A DNA stretch of 64,000 bases from Hyphomonas sp. (GTDB lineage: Bacteria; Pseudomonadota; Alphaproteobacteria; Caulobacterales; Hyphomonadaceae), in NCBI RefSeq assembly GCF_041689225.1, contig NZ_JBDNGN010000014.1:6635-70634 (forward strand), written 5' to 3'. Position numbers and translations under genes: made by a program. Shown here one piece after another: positions 11,271 to 21,644 of the stretch (its first letter is position 1; every line of letters starts with the position of its first letter). Below the pieces are notes generated by a model that made no database searches, was not told the origin of the DNA, and was given only the letters and a program-made list of their open reading frames with translations.

Positions 11271-11720
11271 CTAGATCGGCAGGTCCAGGTCACCGTCTAG
11301 TTCGTCGGCGAAGTCACCGCCCTCTGCCGCGTCGTTGCCCAGGCCTTGGGCTTGTCCCTTGCGAAGCGGGAATTTCAGGAAATGCCGGAAAACAATGACC
11401 GTCAGACCTAAAACGATAACCGCTGACGCCCCAAGTTCGGCTTGATCAATCAGCTCCAGCGAAGGTCCGTTGTTCATCAATCCAAGCGCGACGTATCCGA
11501 GTCCGGCAGCGACCGCGACATGAGCCAGAACGTAAAAACTCCGATACAGGAATTCCACAATCGGCTGGAGAAACCGGGCAATGGCCCCCATGATCCGTTT
11601 GATGACCCGCTGTATCACTTTCAGGAGCTTGATCAGCAGGCGCCCGCCATACCAGAGCGCCACGAGCCCGCCGGCAATCATGAGCCCGGTGCCCTGTTCC
11701 CATCCCTGTACTAGTTCCAT
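11271..11720 (-). CDS. Hypothetical membrane protein (about 3 hydrophobic segments, acidic C-tail)
   Basis: 149 aa; GGAG SD upstream of the ATG; GC ~50% in the counted line 11521-11580. Confidence 0.65.
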   Translation of the reverse strand: MELVQGWEQGTGLMIAGGLVALWYGGRLLIKLLKVIQRVIKRIMGAIARFLQPIVEFLYRSFYVLAHVAVAAGLGYVALGLMNNGPSLELIDQAELGASAVIVLGLTVIVFRHFLKFPLRKGQAQGLGNDAAEGGDFADELDGDLDLPI

Positions 11721-11788
11721 CCGCCGTCTCCCCCAATGATTTTTTCACTATCCATACCATTTCTTTCGTTGGCGGTCACGAGCCGTGC

Positions 11789-11816
11789 TTGGCTTTGATC
11801 GGGCGGTTGCTAAGAT
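11789..11816 (+). promoter_or_regulatory. Putative sigma70 promoter for the alpha/beta hydrolase
   Basis: TTGGCT-N16-TAAGAT. Confidence 0.4.
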
Positions 11817-11921
11817 TGTGATACCTGCTCGCCAAACGCTGCGCGGAACTTTTGCCCACCCGCTTAGAGACGCCCTCTGGAACAGTCCCGGGCAGGTTTT
11901 GAATCAAGGAAATATTGCAGC

Positions 11922-12683
11922 ATGAGCGACGTCGACCATAAAGCTGAGGCTCTCCTCGCCGAATTGAAACCAACCAGCCCCAGCGCCGCCCCCGGACAGA
12001 ATTTCCTGCCGCCGCAAACACGCCGCGATATTCCCGGCGAATATGGTTCGACACCCGCCTGGCGCGCCGGCGAAGGCCCGCCCACGCTGTTCGTCCACGG
12101 CTGGGACGACACGCATCGCGTCTGGCGTCGATTTGCGCAGGACTTCCTGCAGAACACGCGTCCGGTCCTGGTGATGGACCTGCCCGGCCACGGCGCCTCG
12201 AAAGCCGAACACTGCACCCCCGTCACTGCGGGCGTCGCGGTCGCCGAAGTCTGCGCCGCCGAAGGCCCGATCGACACGATCATCGCCCACTCGTTCGGCT
12301 GCGACGCCGGCGTGCGCGCCATCGCGGCAGGCGCCAGTCCCGATTATCTCATCCTGATCGCACCGCCCTTGCTCGACTGGACCGACTACCAGCGCCTGAA
12401 GGGCCATCACGACGCGGTCATCGCGCGGGCGCTTGCCCTTCACTGTCAGCGGACCGGATCCGACATGGGGCGCACCGACTTCCGTACCGCGCTAGCAGAT
12501 TACAAGGGCAAGGTCCTGCTTGTTGGATCGGATGCCGACGAGAGCAGCCCGCTCGCCCTTATCCGCGACTTGGCACACAGCTTGCCCGGCGCGCGCCTCG
12601 TCGAAGACAGCGCGCTCAGCCACCGAGATATTGCGCTCGACCCGCGCATCCTTTCGGAAATCACCGCCTTTCTCGGCTACTGA
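11922..12683 (+). CDS. Alpha/beta fold hydrolase
   Basis: LFVHGW oxyanion motif, MDLPGHGAS, AHSFG nucleophile elbow, late His in SHR; AAGGA SD. Confidence 0.88.
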   Translation: MSDVDHKAEALLAELKPTSPSAAPGQNFLPPQTRRDIPGEYGSTPAWRAGEGPPTLFVHGWDDTHRVWRRFAQDFLQNTRPVLVMDLPGHGASKAEHCTPVTAGVAVAEVCAAEGPIDTIIAHSFGCDAGVRAIAAGASPDYLILIAPPLLDWTDYQRLKGHHDAVIARALALHCQRTGSDMGRTDFRTALADYKGKVLLVGSDADESSPLALIRDLAHSLPGARLVEDSALSHRDIALDPRILSEITAFLGY

Positions 12684-12753
12684 CGCGCCATTCCCGCATT
12701 GAACCGCGTGCCTAAGGCCGCTAACGATGGCGCTCGCTTTCTGGAATTCACTG

Positions 12754-13785
12754 ATGACTGACACTGCCCTTACCACCGCCATCAAGGCGATCGCCCGCCG
12801 CGAGACGCTTGCGCCCGAAACGCTGGAAGCAGCGTTCAACCTGCTCCTGAGTGGTGTGGCGGCGCCGGAAGAAATCGGCGCGTTCCTGATGGGCCTGGCG
12901 GTGCGCGGAGAGACCGCTGCCGAGCTGGCCGCCGGGGCCCACATCATGCGCCAGCATGCCCGCACGATCACGCTCGACGGTCCGGTCCTCGACACGTGCG
13001 GCACAGGCGGCCTGCCATGGAAAAGCCTGAACACTTCCACGGCCAGCGCGCTTGTCATCGCAGCTGCCGGCGGCCGCGTCGCCAAGCATGGCAACCGCTC
13101 TGTCCCGCCGAAAACCGGCTCGGCGGACGTGCTCGAAGCGCTCGGCGTAAACCTCGAAACCGATGAGCATGAATTCCGCGCCTGCCTCAACGGGCCCGGC
13201 GTCGCCTTCATGTTCGCACGCAGCCATCACAGCGCCATGCGCCACGTCGCGCCGGTCCGCGCCAAGCTCGGCATCCGCACGATCTTCAATCTGCTGGGCC
13301 CGCTGTCCAATCCGGCGGGGGCGCAGTTCCAGGTCCTCGGCGTCTTCGCACCCGAATGGACGCGGCCTATGGCCGAAGCCCTCGTCGAGCTCGGTACGAC
13401 CCGGGCCTGGGTCGTCCATGGCCTGGACGGCATAGATGAGCTCTCCATCGCCGGCTCCACCCAGGTGTGCGAAGTCAGCGGCGGCACGATCCGCGAATTC
13501 GAAATCCATCCCTCCGACGCTGGCCTCGACACCAGCCCGCTATCGCGTCTCGCAGGCGGAAATGTCGCCGACAATGCCCTCGCGATCACAGAATTGCTCG
13601 ACAGTCAGGAAGGCCCCTTCCGTGATGCCGTCCTGCTCAACGCCGCAGCCGGACTCCACGTCTTCGGCAAGGCCGCAGACCTCAAGCAAGGCGTTGCCAT
13701 GGCTGCCGAGGCCATCGACACTGGCAAGGCGCGCGACACGCTGCGCAAGCTCGTGTCGCTCTCGAACGGGCAGGAACCGCTATGA
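12754..13785 (+). CDS. trpD: Anthranilate phosphoribosyltransferase (variant active-site loops; alternative start 12727)
   Basis: DTCGTGG, KHGNR..GSADVLEALG, RTIFNLLGPL.NP, VVHG.DG.DE; ATGA-coupled to trpC. Confidence 0.95.
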   Translation: MTDTALTTAIKAIARRETLAPETLEAAFNLLLSGVAAPEEIGAFLMGLAVRGETAAELAAGAHIMRQHARTITLDGPVLDTCGTGGLPWKSLNTSTASALVIAAAGGRVAKHGNRSVPPKTGSADVLEALGVNLETDEHEFRACLNGPGVAFMFARSHHSAMRHVAPVRAKLGIRTIFNLLGPLSNPAGAQFQVLGVFAPEWTRPMAEALVELGTTRAWVVHGLDGIDELSIAGSTQVCEVSGGTIREFEIHPSDAGLDTSPLSRLAGGNVADNALAITELLDSQEGPFRDAVLLNAAAGLHVFGKAADLKQGVAMAAEAIDTGKARDTLRKLVSLSNGQEPL

Positions 13786-14585
13786 GCACGGCCCTCGACC
13801 AGATCATCGAATACAAGCGGCATGAAGTTGCCGCGCTCAAGCGAGCCGAATCCTTCGCCAGCCTTTCGCGGGCCGCGACCGGAGCAAGCCCGGTTCGCGG
13901 CTTCGCCGCCGCCATGGACAGTATCGCCGCGACTGGCGAGAATGCCCTCATCTGCGAACTGAAGCGCAAGAGCCCCTCGGCCGGCGACATCCTGCCCGGC
14001 GCCGATCCTATTGCCATCGCCGCCGAATACGAATCGGGCGGCGCGGCCTGCTTGTCCGTCCTTACCGACGGGCCCAGCTTTGGCGGCTCGCTTGCCGATT
14101 TCGCGGCCATTCGGGACGCGGTAAGCCTTCCAATGCTGCGCAAGGAGTTCCTGATTGACCCGATCCAGATCGCCGAATCCCGCGCCCATGGTGCCGATTG
14201 CATCCTGATCATCCTGTCGGCCGTCGACGACGCCCTGGCAGTCGACCTCCACGACGCCGCAACCAGTTTCGGCATGGATGTTCTCATCGAGACCCATGAC
14301 GAAGCCGAACTGGAACGCGCTCTCCGGCTCGCTTCGCCGCTGATCGGGATCAATAATCGCGACCTCAAACATATGGTGACCGACTTGTCGACAACCGAGC
14401 GCCTCGCGCCGCTGGTCCCGGCAGGCCGCCACATCGTCGCCGAAAGCGGCATTTCGACCCCCGAACACATTCTCCGGCTGCGCGCCACCGGCGCGCGGCG
14501 CTTCCTGATTGGCGAAAGCCTCATGAAAATGAACGATCAGCGCGAAACTGCCGTAACAGCGTTAAGACGGGCCTGTTCCGTTTGA
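13782..14585 (+). CDS. trpC: Indole-3-glycerol phosphate synthase
   Basis: ICELKRKSPSAG, SVLTD..SFGGS, LRK.F.IDP.QI.E.R..GAD.IL, GINNRDL, VAESGI. Confidence 0.97.
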   Translation: MSTALDQIIEYKRHEVAALKRAESFASLSRAATGASPVRGFAAAMDSIAATGENALICELKRKSPSAGDILPGADPIAIAAEYESGGAACLSVLTDGPSFGGSLADFAAIRDAVSLPMLRKEFLIDPIQIAESRAHGADCILIILSAVDDALAVDLHDAATSFGMDVLIETHDEAELERALRLASPLIGINNRDLKHMVTDLSTTERLAPLVPAGRHIVAESGISTPEHILRLRATGARRFLIGESLMKMNDQRETAVTALRRACSV

Positions 14586-14595
14586 CCCGAACCGG

Positions 14596-14610
14596 GAACA
14601 CATGTAGAAC
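14596..14610 (+). promoter_or_regulatory. LexA (SOS) box, alphaproteobacterial GAAC-N7-GAAC
   Basis: GAACacatgtaGAAC 38 nt upstream of the lexA GTG; extra GAAC half-sites at 14589 and 14617. Confidence 0.85.
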
Positions 14611-14647
14611 ATAAGCGAACATAGATTCGGACGGAAGGAACCATCCC

Positions 14648-15331
14648 GTGCTGACCAGTAAACAAAAAGAGCTGCTGCTCTTCATCAATGAGCGGATCAA
14701 GGAGACCGGTGTCTCTCCCTCATTCGATGAGATGAAGGAAGCGCTCAACCTTGCCTCCAAGTCCGGTATCCACCGCCTGATTTCGGCGCTTGAGGAACGC
14801 GGATTCATCCGCCGCCTCGCGCATCGGGCCCGCGCCCTTGAAGTGCTGAAACTGCCTGAGTCCGCCATTCCGATGCAGCAATCGCGCGGTCGGAAAGATT
14901 TCAAACCTGCCCTCGTCTCCTCAGGCCTGCCGACAGAGGCCCGTGCGCCCCGTGCCATCCCGATCCTCGGTCGCATTGCGGCTGGTGTGCCGATTTCGGC
15001 GATCCAGCAGGACAATGGCCACATCACGGCCCCTGATGACCTTGCAGAGGGCGAAGAGCATTTCGCGCTCGAGGTCAAAGGCGACTCGATGATCGAAGCT
15101 GGCATCCTCGAAGGCGATCTCGTCATCCTGCGCCGTACCGAATCTGCCAATACAGGTGATATCGTCGTCGCGCTGATTGATGGCGAAGAGGCCACACTCA
15201 AGCGCCTGCGCCGCAAGGGCGCCTCGGTCGCCCTCGAGGCCGCCAACCCGGCCTATGAGACCCGTATCTTTGGCCCTGACCGCGTACAGGTCCAGGGGCG
15301 CCTCGTGGCCCTCGTCCGCCGCTACGACTAA
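14648..15331 (+). CDS. lexA: SOS repressor LexA
   Basis: [41 protein letters not shown] (A-G cleavage), V.GDSM, ATLKR. Confidence 0.98.
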   Translation: MLTSKQKELLLFINERIKETGVSPSFDEMKEALNLASKSGIHRLISALEERGFIRRLAHRARALEVLKLPESAIPMQQSRGRKDFKPALVSSGLPTEARAPRAIPILGRIAAGVPISAIQQDNGHITAPDDLAEGEEHFALEVKGDSMIEAGILEGDLVILRRTESANTGDIVVALIDGEEATLKRLRRKGASVALEAANPAYETRIFGPDRVQVQGRLVALVRRYD

Positions 15332-15339
15332 CACTGGCG

Positions 15340-15919
15340 TCAGGGTCGGTTGCGGCATGCCGCGCCGACCTGCACGTCCAGTCCGGAATCGCCTCGCCGC
15401 GCGGTGAGCCCGCCTGCCTTTGAAACCTCGGTCCAGTGATATGTATTCGGGAAATCGCCCAGTCGGTCTGACAGTGTCAGCACCAGAACCGTATCAGGGG
15501 CCGTGCGGCAGTCGCCACTCTCCGACCGCACAATTACGCCAGCCGATGTCTCCAGGCTGCACGGCAACTCGCCGCACGCCGTTGCCTCCAGCGCGCTGTA
15601 GCGCAGGGGCGCCAGGCCATCCGCGAACCCGAGCCGTTGCATGCCGCTATCTGCCGCGCGCACGAACACCTCGCCTGAGGCCGACCAGTGCACCATCAAT
15701 TGCGGACTGGCCATCCACAGTCCCACGGTTGGCGCGGCGGCCATGAAGCATAGCAGGATCCGACCCGCCCCACGCGCGTTCGTCACCAGCGCCAATCCAG
15801 GCCAGACCGCACAGGGCCAGCCTCGGTTCATCCGGTACCAGAAAGTAGGCCGCAGCCCCAGCGCACAAGGAAAACGCGAACAGTAATGGCCGCGCGTCAA
15901 TCGATGCAATCGACCACAT
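15340..15919 (-). pseudogene. comEC: comEC/rec2 remnant: short N-terminal piece joined out of frame to the C-terminal piece
   Basis: Syntenic slot between lexA and gltX; N-piece LLFAFSLCAGAAAYFLVP.EP in one frame, C-piece ..GLWMASPQLMVHWSASGEVFVR..CRNRP* in another; only ~0.6 kb in total. Confidence 0.7.
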
Positions 15920-16034
15920 CCGGACCCACAGGCTGCCGAGGTCCCGGCCCGCCCCCTTGCCTTCAGGCGCAACCTTGTGTTTGTGCACCGCAGATGAGAA
16001 TTCCGCACGCATTGATCAGGAGCCTGCCACCCTT

Positions 16035-17504
16035 ATGACCGTTGTCACGCGATTTGCCCCCTCTCCCACCGGCATGTTGCACATTGGAGGGGCAAGGACC
16101 GCACTTTTCAACTACTTGTTTGCCCGCCACCATGGCGGTCGCTTCCTCCTGCGCATCGAGGACACCGACAAGGCCCGCTCCACCGACGAAGCCACCGCCG
16201 CAATTCTCGAGGGTATGGCCTGGCTCGGCCTCGACGCCGATGAGCCGCCTTTGATGCAATCCACCCGCGAAGCGCGGCACGCCGAAGTGGCAGCTGAGAT
16301 GCTGTCGCGCGGCACTGCCTTCAAATGCTACGCAACCCAGGAAGAACTCCAGGCCCGCCGCGAGCTTGGCGAAGAAAAACGCCAAGCCGCCAAGGCCGAC
16401 GACCTGTCCGACACAGACCGCGCTGCGCTGCTCTCAGAGGCCCATGACCTGCTGGCCCCCTTCCGGTCGCCCTGGCGGGACGGCGCGCCTGCACCGGCTC
16501 CCGACACGCCCTATACCGTTCGCCTGCGTGCGCCCGACGATGGCGAGCGCGTTGTCGAGGACATGGTACAGGGAACGGTACGTATCCAGGCGAGCGAGAT
16601 CGACGACCTGATCATGCTGCGCGGCGACGGCTCGCCGACCTACATGCTGGCCGTGGTCGTCGACGATCATGACATGAGCGTGACCCATGTGATCCGGGGC
16701 GACGACCATTTGCGCAATACGTTCCGGCAGGTCCCGATCTATGAGGCCATGGACTGGGACATTCCGGTCTATGCCCACGTCTCGATGATCCACGGCAATG
16801 ACGGCGCCAAGCTGTCCAAGCGCCACGGCGCGCTGTCGACACTTGCCTATCGCGAAATGGGATACCTGCCCGAAGCCCTGAATGCCTACCTCCTGCGCCT
16901 CGGCTGGAGCCAGGGCGACCAGGAGATATTTACCCGGGAAGAAGCCATTGCAGCGTTCGATCTCGAAGGGATCGGCCGGGCGCCCGCCCGTCTCGACCTC
17001 GAAAAACTGGGCCAGATCAACTCCCATTTCATGCGCCAGGCCGACGATTCGCGCTTGCTGGGCCTTCTCGGCCCCCTCCTCGAAGCGGGCGGCCCGCTCT
17101 CAGAAGATGAATGGCAGAGGATCAAGCGCGCCCTGCCACATCTGAAGGACCGGGGCACGACTCTGGCCGAGCTGGCAACGGCTTTTGCATTCCTAAAGGT
17201 CAAGCGGCCGCTCGATCTCAACAAGAACGCCAGAAAGGCGCTTTCCGGGGGGGGACTTGACCGGCTCGCCGGACTGCGCGACGAACTGCGGCTCATATCG
17301 CAATGGACCGCTGATCGGATTTCCGGAACGATAACGTCGTACTGCGCTGCACAAGACCTATCTATGGGGCAGGTAGGTCAACCGCTCCGCGCTGCTCTGA
17401 CTGGCGGCCTTCCAGCTCCCGATATTGCGCCGGTGCTCGAATGGCTGGGCCAGGATGAAGCGCTCGGACGGATAGAGGATCAACTCGTCCAGGCTGGCCA
17501 GTAA
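16035..17504 (+). CDS. gltX: Glutamate--tRNA ligase
   Basis: [14 protein letters not shown] (HIGH), [30 protein letters not shown] (KMSKS). Confidence 0.98.
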   Translation: MTVVTRFAPSPTGMLHIGGARTALFNYLFARHHGGRFLLRIEDTDKARSTDEATAAILEGMAWLGLDADEPPLMQSTREARHAEVAAEMLSRGTAFKCYATQEELQARRELGEEKRQAAKADDLSDTDRAALLSEAHDLLAPFRSPWRDGAPAPAPDTPYTVRLRAPDDGERVVEDMVQGTVRIQASEIDDLIMLRGDGSPTYMLAVVVDDHDMSVTHVIRGDDHLRNTFRQVPIYEAMDWDIPVYAHVSMIHGNDGAKLSKRHGALSTLAYREMGYLPEALNAYLLRLGWSQGDQEIFTREEAIAAFDLEGIGRAPARLDLEKLGQINSHFMRQADDSRLLGLLGPLLEAGGPLSEDEWQRIKRALPHLKDRGTTLAELATAFAFLKVKRPLDLNKNARKALSGGGLDRLAGLRDELRLISQWTADRISGTITSYCAAQDLSMGQVGQPLRAALTGGLPAPDIAPVLEWLGQDEALGRIEDQLVQAGQ

Positions 17505-17544
17505 GGCGCGCCGGACGGAATACGAACAAGAAGGGCTATATCTG

Positions 17545-18849
17545 ATGGAAAACAAGACGAAGAATGCCGGGACGGCCAAACTCGAAGTCGCGGGCAAGAC
17601 CTATGAATTGCCCGTTCTCTCGGGAACGCATGGACCGAATGTCGTAGACGTCCGCAAGGTATACGCTGAATCGGGACATTTTACCTTCGACCCGGGTTTC
17701 ACATCGACCGCCAGTTGCGAAAGCCAGATCACGTTCATTGACGGTGACGAAGGCGTCCTGCTTCACCGCGGCTATCCGATTGGCCAACTGGCTGAAAAGT
17801 CGACGTTTCCAGAAGTCTGTCACCTCATTCTGAAAGGTGAGCTGCCCACCAAACCTGAGCTCTCCGAGTTCAACGGCGAAATCAAGCAGCACACCCTTCT
17901 TCACACGCAGATGGATCGCTTTTTCGAAGGCTTCCGCCGTGACAGCCACCCGATGGCCATGCTGACAGGCGCCGTTGGTGCCATGGCATCCTTCTATCCT
18001 GGTGCTATGGACAGCGAAGATCCCGATGAACGCCACCTCAGCTCCGTCCGGCTCCTCGCCAAGATGCCGACACTCTGCGCCCGCATCCTGAAATACAATA
18101 TGGGCCAGAAATTCGTCGATCCACGCAACGAGTTCTCCTACGCCGAAAACTTCCTGAACATGTGCTTCTCGGTATCGGCCGAGGACTACAAGGTCGACCC
18201 GGCGATTGCCAAGGCGATGGACCGCTTCTTTATCCTGCATGCTGACCACGAGCAGAACGCCTCGACGTCGACCGTGCGGCTCGCCGGCTCGTCAGGCGCG
18301 CATCCGTTTGCGGCTGTTGCAGCCGGTGTCGCGTGTCTCTGGGGCCCCAGCCATGGCGGCGCCAACGAAGCCTGCCTCAACATGTTGCACGAGATCGGGT
18401 CGGTCGACCGGATTCCGGAATTCGTCGAAAAGGCCAAGGACAAGACCAGCGGCTTCCGCCTCATGGGCTTTGGCCACCGCGTCTACAAGAATTACGACCC
18501 GCGCGCGACCGTCATGCGCGAGTCCGCCCACGAAGTGCTCGACCTGCTCGGCCTCAAGGACCAGCCGATCCTCAAAGTCGCGATGGAACTCGAACGGATC
18601 GCTCTGGAAGACGACTATTTCGTCGAGAAGAAGCTGTACCCAAACGTCGACTTCTATTCGGGCATCATCCTCGATGCGATGGGCTTCCCGAAACAGATGT
18701 TCACGGTGCTGTTTGCACTCGCGCGTACTGTCGGCTGGGTCGCCCAGCTCAACGAGATGATCGAAGACCCGACGCAGCGTATCGGTCGTCCGCGCCAAAT
18801 CTATACCGGCGCTGCCCAACGCGACTACGTGCCAATGGGCAACCGCTAG
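17545..18849 (+). CDS. gltA: Citrate synthase (type II)
   Basis: [64 protein letters not shown]. Confidence 0.99.
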   Translation: MENKTKNAGTAKLEVAGKTYELPVLSGTHGPNVVDVRKVYAESGHFTFDPGFTSTASCESQITFIDGDEGVLLHRGYPIGQLAEKSTFPEVCHLILKGELPTKPELSEFNGEIKQHTLLHTQMDRFFEGFRRDSHPMAMLTGAVGAMASFYPGAMDSEDPDERHLSSVRLLAKMPTLCARILKYNMGQKFVDPRNEFSYAENFLNMCFSVSAEDYKVDPAIAKAMDRFFILHADHEQNASTSTVRLAGSSGAHPFAAVAAGVACLWGPSHGGANEACLNMLHEIGSVDRIPEFVEKAKDKTSGFRLMGFGHRVYKNYDPRATVMRESAHEVLDLLGLKDQPILKVAMELERIALEDDYFVEKKLYPNVDFYSGIILDAMGFPKQMFTVLFALARTVGWVAQLNEMIEDPTQRIGRPRQIYTGAAQRDYVPMGNR

Positions 18850-20003
18850 ACGCGAGCTTCTTCAAGGATCACTTCGGCTGCAATCTCAGCCGCGTCCCGA
18901 TCGCCCTCTTTCATCCGGGAGAGGGCGATTTGCTGTGCGGCCCTCTGTTCGGCCAGCGCGTCCGGATTGGTCAGCCAGCACAACGCGTGAGCGGCGATCC
19001 GGTCCGGCGTCTGTTTCGTCTGCACGAATTCCGGCACGATCTCCTGGTCATCGCTGACAATGTTCAGCAGCGTGATGTGGCGCTTCTGGTAGAGGAACCC
19101 CCGCGCCAGCGACCAGGTCACCCAGCCTGTCTTGTAGGCCACGATCATCGGCGTGCCCTGCATCGCCAGTTCGCTGGTGACCGTGCCTGAACAAGCCAGC
19201 GCCAGGTCGGCGGCTGCCATCGCATCGTACCGTTCTGACGGGTCCGTGGACACGGTCGCCCATTCAGCCACGTCCGGAAACGATTCCGCGAACTGCGCCG
19301 CGACGCTCGCGGCGGGGGCGATGATGATTTTCCGGTCTGGATCGGATTCCCTGATGATCCGGGCCGCTTCCACCAGTGCCGGCGCAACGCGCTTGATCTC
19401 GCTGGACCGGCTGCCGGGAAGTACGAGCACGACCTGAGCTTCCTCGCTGATACCATACGTCTTGCGGAAAACGTCGCGCTTGCCCCATTGGTGACGTGAC
19501 AAAGCCGGATTGCCAACGACCGTCGTCTTCAGGTCGAACGGCTCATAGAACGGCGCCTCGATCTCATGCATGCAGAGCAGGTGATCCACCGTCGCCGCCA
19601 GCGTCTTGGCCCGTCCCGGCCGCGTCGCCCAGACTTGCGGCCCGATCAGTTTGACCAGCCTTATATGCGGTGCACGTGCGCGCACGCGCTGGGCCACCCG
19701 CAGCATGAAGCCCCAGGAATCCACCAGCACGACCACGTCCGGCGTATCGGCGATGATGGCATCCGCTGCGATGTCGGCCAGTTTGACGACCGTGCCATAG
19801 GCTCTCAATCCTTCAAAAAGGCCAAGAACCGATAGCGGTGAAATATCGATCGGCGAGACAATCCCGACGGATGCCATTTCTGCCCCGCCAATGCCCGAAA
19901 CGTGCACGTCGGGCTGCTTCGCCCGGATCGTGCTGATCACTTCACGCGCCAACAGGTCGCCTGAGGATTCCGCCGCCACGAAATAGAGGCGCGGGGCGGT
20001 CAT
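18846..20003 (-). CDS. lpxB: Lipid-A-disaccharide synthase
   Basis: E.SGD, VD..GF.LR, PQVWA.RP.R, LPGSR..E, SGT...ELA...P..V.YK. Confidence 0.95.
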   Translation of the reverse strand: MTAPRLYFVAAESSGDLLAREVISTIRAKQPDVHVSGIGGAEMASVGIVSPIDISPLSVLGLFEGLRAYGTVVKLADIAADAIIADTPDVVVLVDSWGFMLRVAQRVRARAPHIRLVKLIGPQVWATRPGRAKTLAATVDHLLCMHEIEAPFYEPFDLKTTVVGNPALSRHQWGKRDVFRKTYGISEEAQVVLVLPGSRSSEIKRVAPALVEAARIIRESDPDRKIIIAPAASVAAQFAESFPDVAEWATVSTDPSERYDAMAAADLALACSGTVTSELAMQGTPMIVAYKTGWVTWSLARGFLYQKRHITLLNIVSDDQEIVPEFVQTKQTPDRIAAHALCWLTNPDALAEQRAAQQIALSRMKEGDRDAAEIAAEVILEEARV

Positions 20004-20845
20004 GTGCCGAGGCCGGGGTCAAAGCCGTAAATGAACACGCCGAGCCGTTCGGCAGCTGCCTGCATCTCGGCGCGGCCGAGCATAAGTGCACCGCCCGCCT
20101 CGACGGCAAGCCCCGCCAGGCCGGCCGCAGCCACTTTCTCGATCGTCGAGACGCCAACGGTCGGCATATCGATCCGCCGCTCCTGGGACGGCTTGGGCCG
20201 TTTGACCAGAACGCCCCGCCGCGCCGCAAGGGTGCCGCGTATCGCCTCGGGAAGCGCGGCACAGCGGTCGAGCATGGCATCCGTGCCCTCCTGGGCCTCG
20301 ACAGCCAACACAAGGCCGTCGCATACGACACAGCCCTGCCCGATATCCAGATCGCCCAGAGCGGCCACCACATGCGCACCACGAGCAATATCCGACATCG
20401 CCGCCTCAGACGGCGCGGGACCACCCATAAGGCCCGACGGGGCCAGCAAGGCGGCATGCGCCGCATCGGAGCCAATCACATTGAACCCCTGCTTCTCGAC
20501 TTCCTTCACCATCAGCCGCAGCAAGGCATCATCGCCCTTGCCCGCCTCGGCCAGCACTTTTGGCAACAGCGCCGCGCCTCGCAGGTCCAGCTTCAGGTCC
20601 TTGAAATTGGGACGCTTCACGATCCCCGCAAACAACACGTCCTCGCACCCGGCCTGTTTGAGCAGGGAGAACAATTTGCCGATTTCGCCCAGCCCGACCA
20701 CAGCGCCCGGATAGGCCGCGAGGCGCGGCTCTTCAAAGCCCTTGAGACGCAGGACATAGACGCCCTTCCCCGTCGCGACGGCATTCTCCGCGACGGCGAC
20801 CGGAAGATCGCCAAGGCCAGCTATCAGTCCGAGAGGCGCCGTCAT
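20000..20845 (-). CDS. lpxI: UDP-2,3-diacylglucosamine diphosphatase LpxI
   Basis: LGLIAG.G.LP, GDD.LL, DIGQ..VV..G.VLAVEA.EGTD.ML.R, VK..KP.Q..R.DMPT.G. Confidence 0.95.
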   Translation of the reverse strand: MTAPLGLIAGLGDLPVAVAENAVATGKGVYVLRLKGFEEPRLAAYPGAVVGLGEIGKLFSLLKQAGCEDVLFAGIVKRPNFKDLKLDLRGAALLPKVLAEAGKGDDALLRLMVKEVEKQGFNVIGSDAAHAALLAPSGLMGGPAPSEAAMSDIARGAHVVAALGDLDIGQGCVVCDGLVLAVEAQEGTDAMLDRCAALPEAIRGTLAARRGVLVKRPKPSQERRIDMPTVGVSTIEKVAAAGLAGLAVEAGGALMLGRAEMQAAAERLGVFIYGFDPGLGT

Positions 20846-20852
20846 GATGCCC

Positions 20853-21644
20853 TCACCCGGGTTTGCAGATCGGTCGGCCACCGGCTGCGAGCACAAAATT
20901 GATGATTTCCATGGCCAGGGGCTTGTCCTTGAACGCAATGGCAGCGTCAGCCAGCCGGTCCTTGAACAGGCCGCCGCCGGCAAACACGGCCTTGTACGCA
21001 CTGCGGATCTCGTACAGCTGCGCCTTGTCATAGCCGCGCCGCTTCAGGCCCACCATGTTCAGTCCGGCCAGCTTGGCCCGGTTCCCGATCACGGACCCGA
21101 ATGGAATAACGTCCTCCACGAGGATGGCCCCGCCACCAATAAAGGCGTTCCGGCCGATCCGCGTGAACTGGTGCACAGCCACGAGCCCGCCGAACCAGAC
21201 ATTGTCGCCGATCTCGACATGTCCGCCGATCTGGACCCCGTTGGCGATCACGATGTCATTGCCAAGCTGGCAATCATGCGCGACGTGGCTGCCGACCATC
21301 ATGAAGCATTCGTTTCCCAAACGCGTTACGCCTGCGAGCTTCGGCACGCCGGCATGCACGGTCGTATGTTCGCGCATCGTGCAATCATTGCCGATCTCGA
21401 GGCGCGACTCCGGTACGTCCTGGAACCCGAGCACCTGAGGTGTACCGCCAAGAACGGCATGGGAGTGGACCGCGCAATCATGGCCGAGAGTCGTATGACC
21501 GGTGACAACGGCATGTGCGTGCAACTGCGTCCGGTCACCAATCACCGCATGCGCGCCAATGTGACAAAACGGGCCGATCCGGACTCCGTCGCCAAGTTCA
21601 GCGCCTGGCTCCACGATCGCAGAGGGATGAATTTCAACTGGCAT
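20853..21644 (-). CDS. lpxA: UDP-N-acetylglucosamine acyltransferase
   Basis: IHPSAIVE.GA, hexapeptide repeats, HVAHDC.LG, VHQF.RIG, GLN.VGL.RRG. Confidence 0.97.
   Translation of the reverse strand: MPVEIHPSAIVEPGAELGDGVRIGPFCHIGAHAVIGDRTQLHAHAVVTGHTTLGHDCAVHSHAVLGGTPQVLGFQDVPESRLEIGNDCTMREHTTVHAGVPKLAGVTRLGNECFMMVGSHVAHDCQLGNDIVIANGVQIGGHVEIGDNVWFGGLVAVHQFTRIGRNAFIGGGAILVEDVIPFGSVIGNRAKLAGLNMVGLKRRGYDKAQLYEIRSAYKAVFAGGGLFKDRLADAAIAFKDKPLAMEIINFVLAAGGRPICKPG

Noticed and set aside
11899-11907. TTGAATCAA as an FNR/FixK box
   Set aside because: The spacing is wrong; the consensus needs TTGAT-N4-ATCAA.
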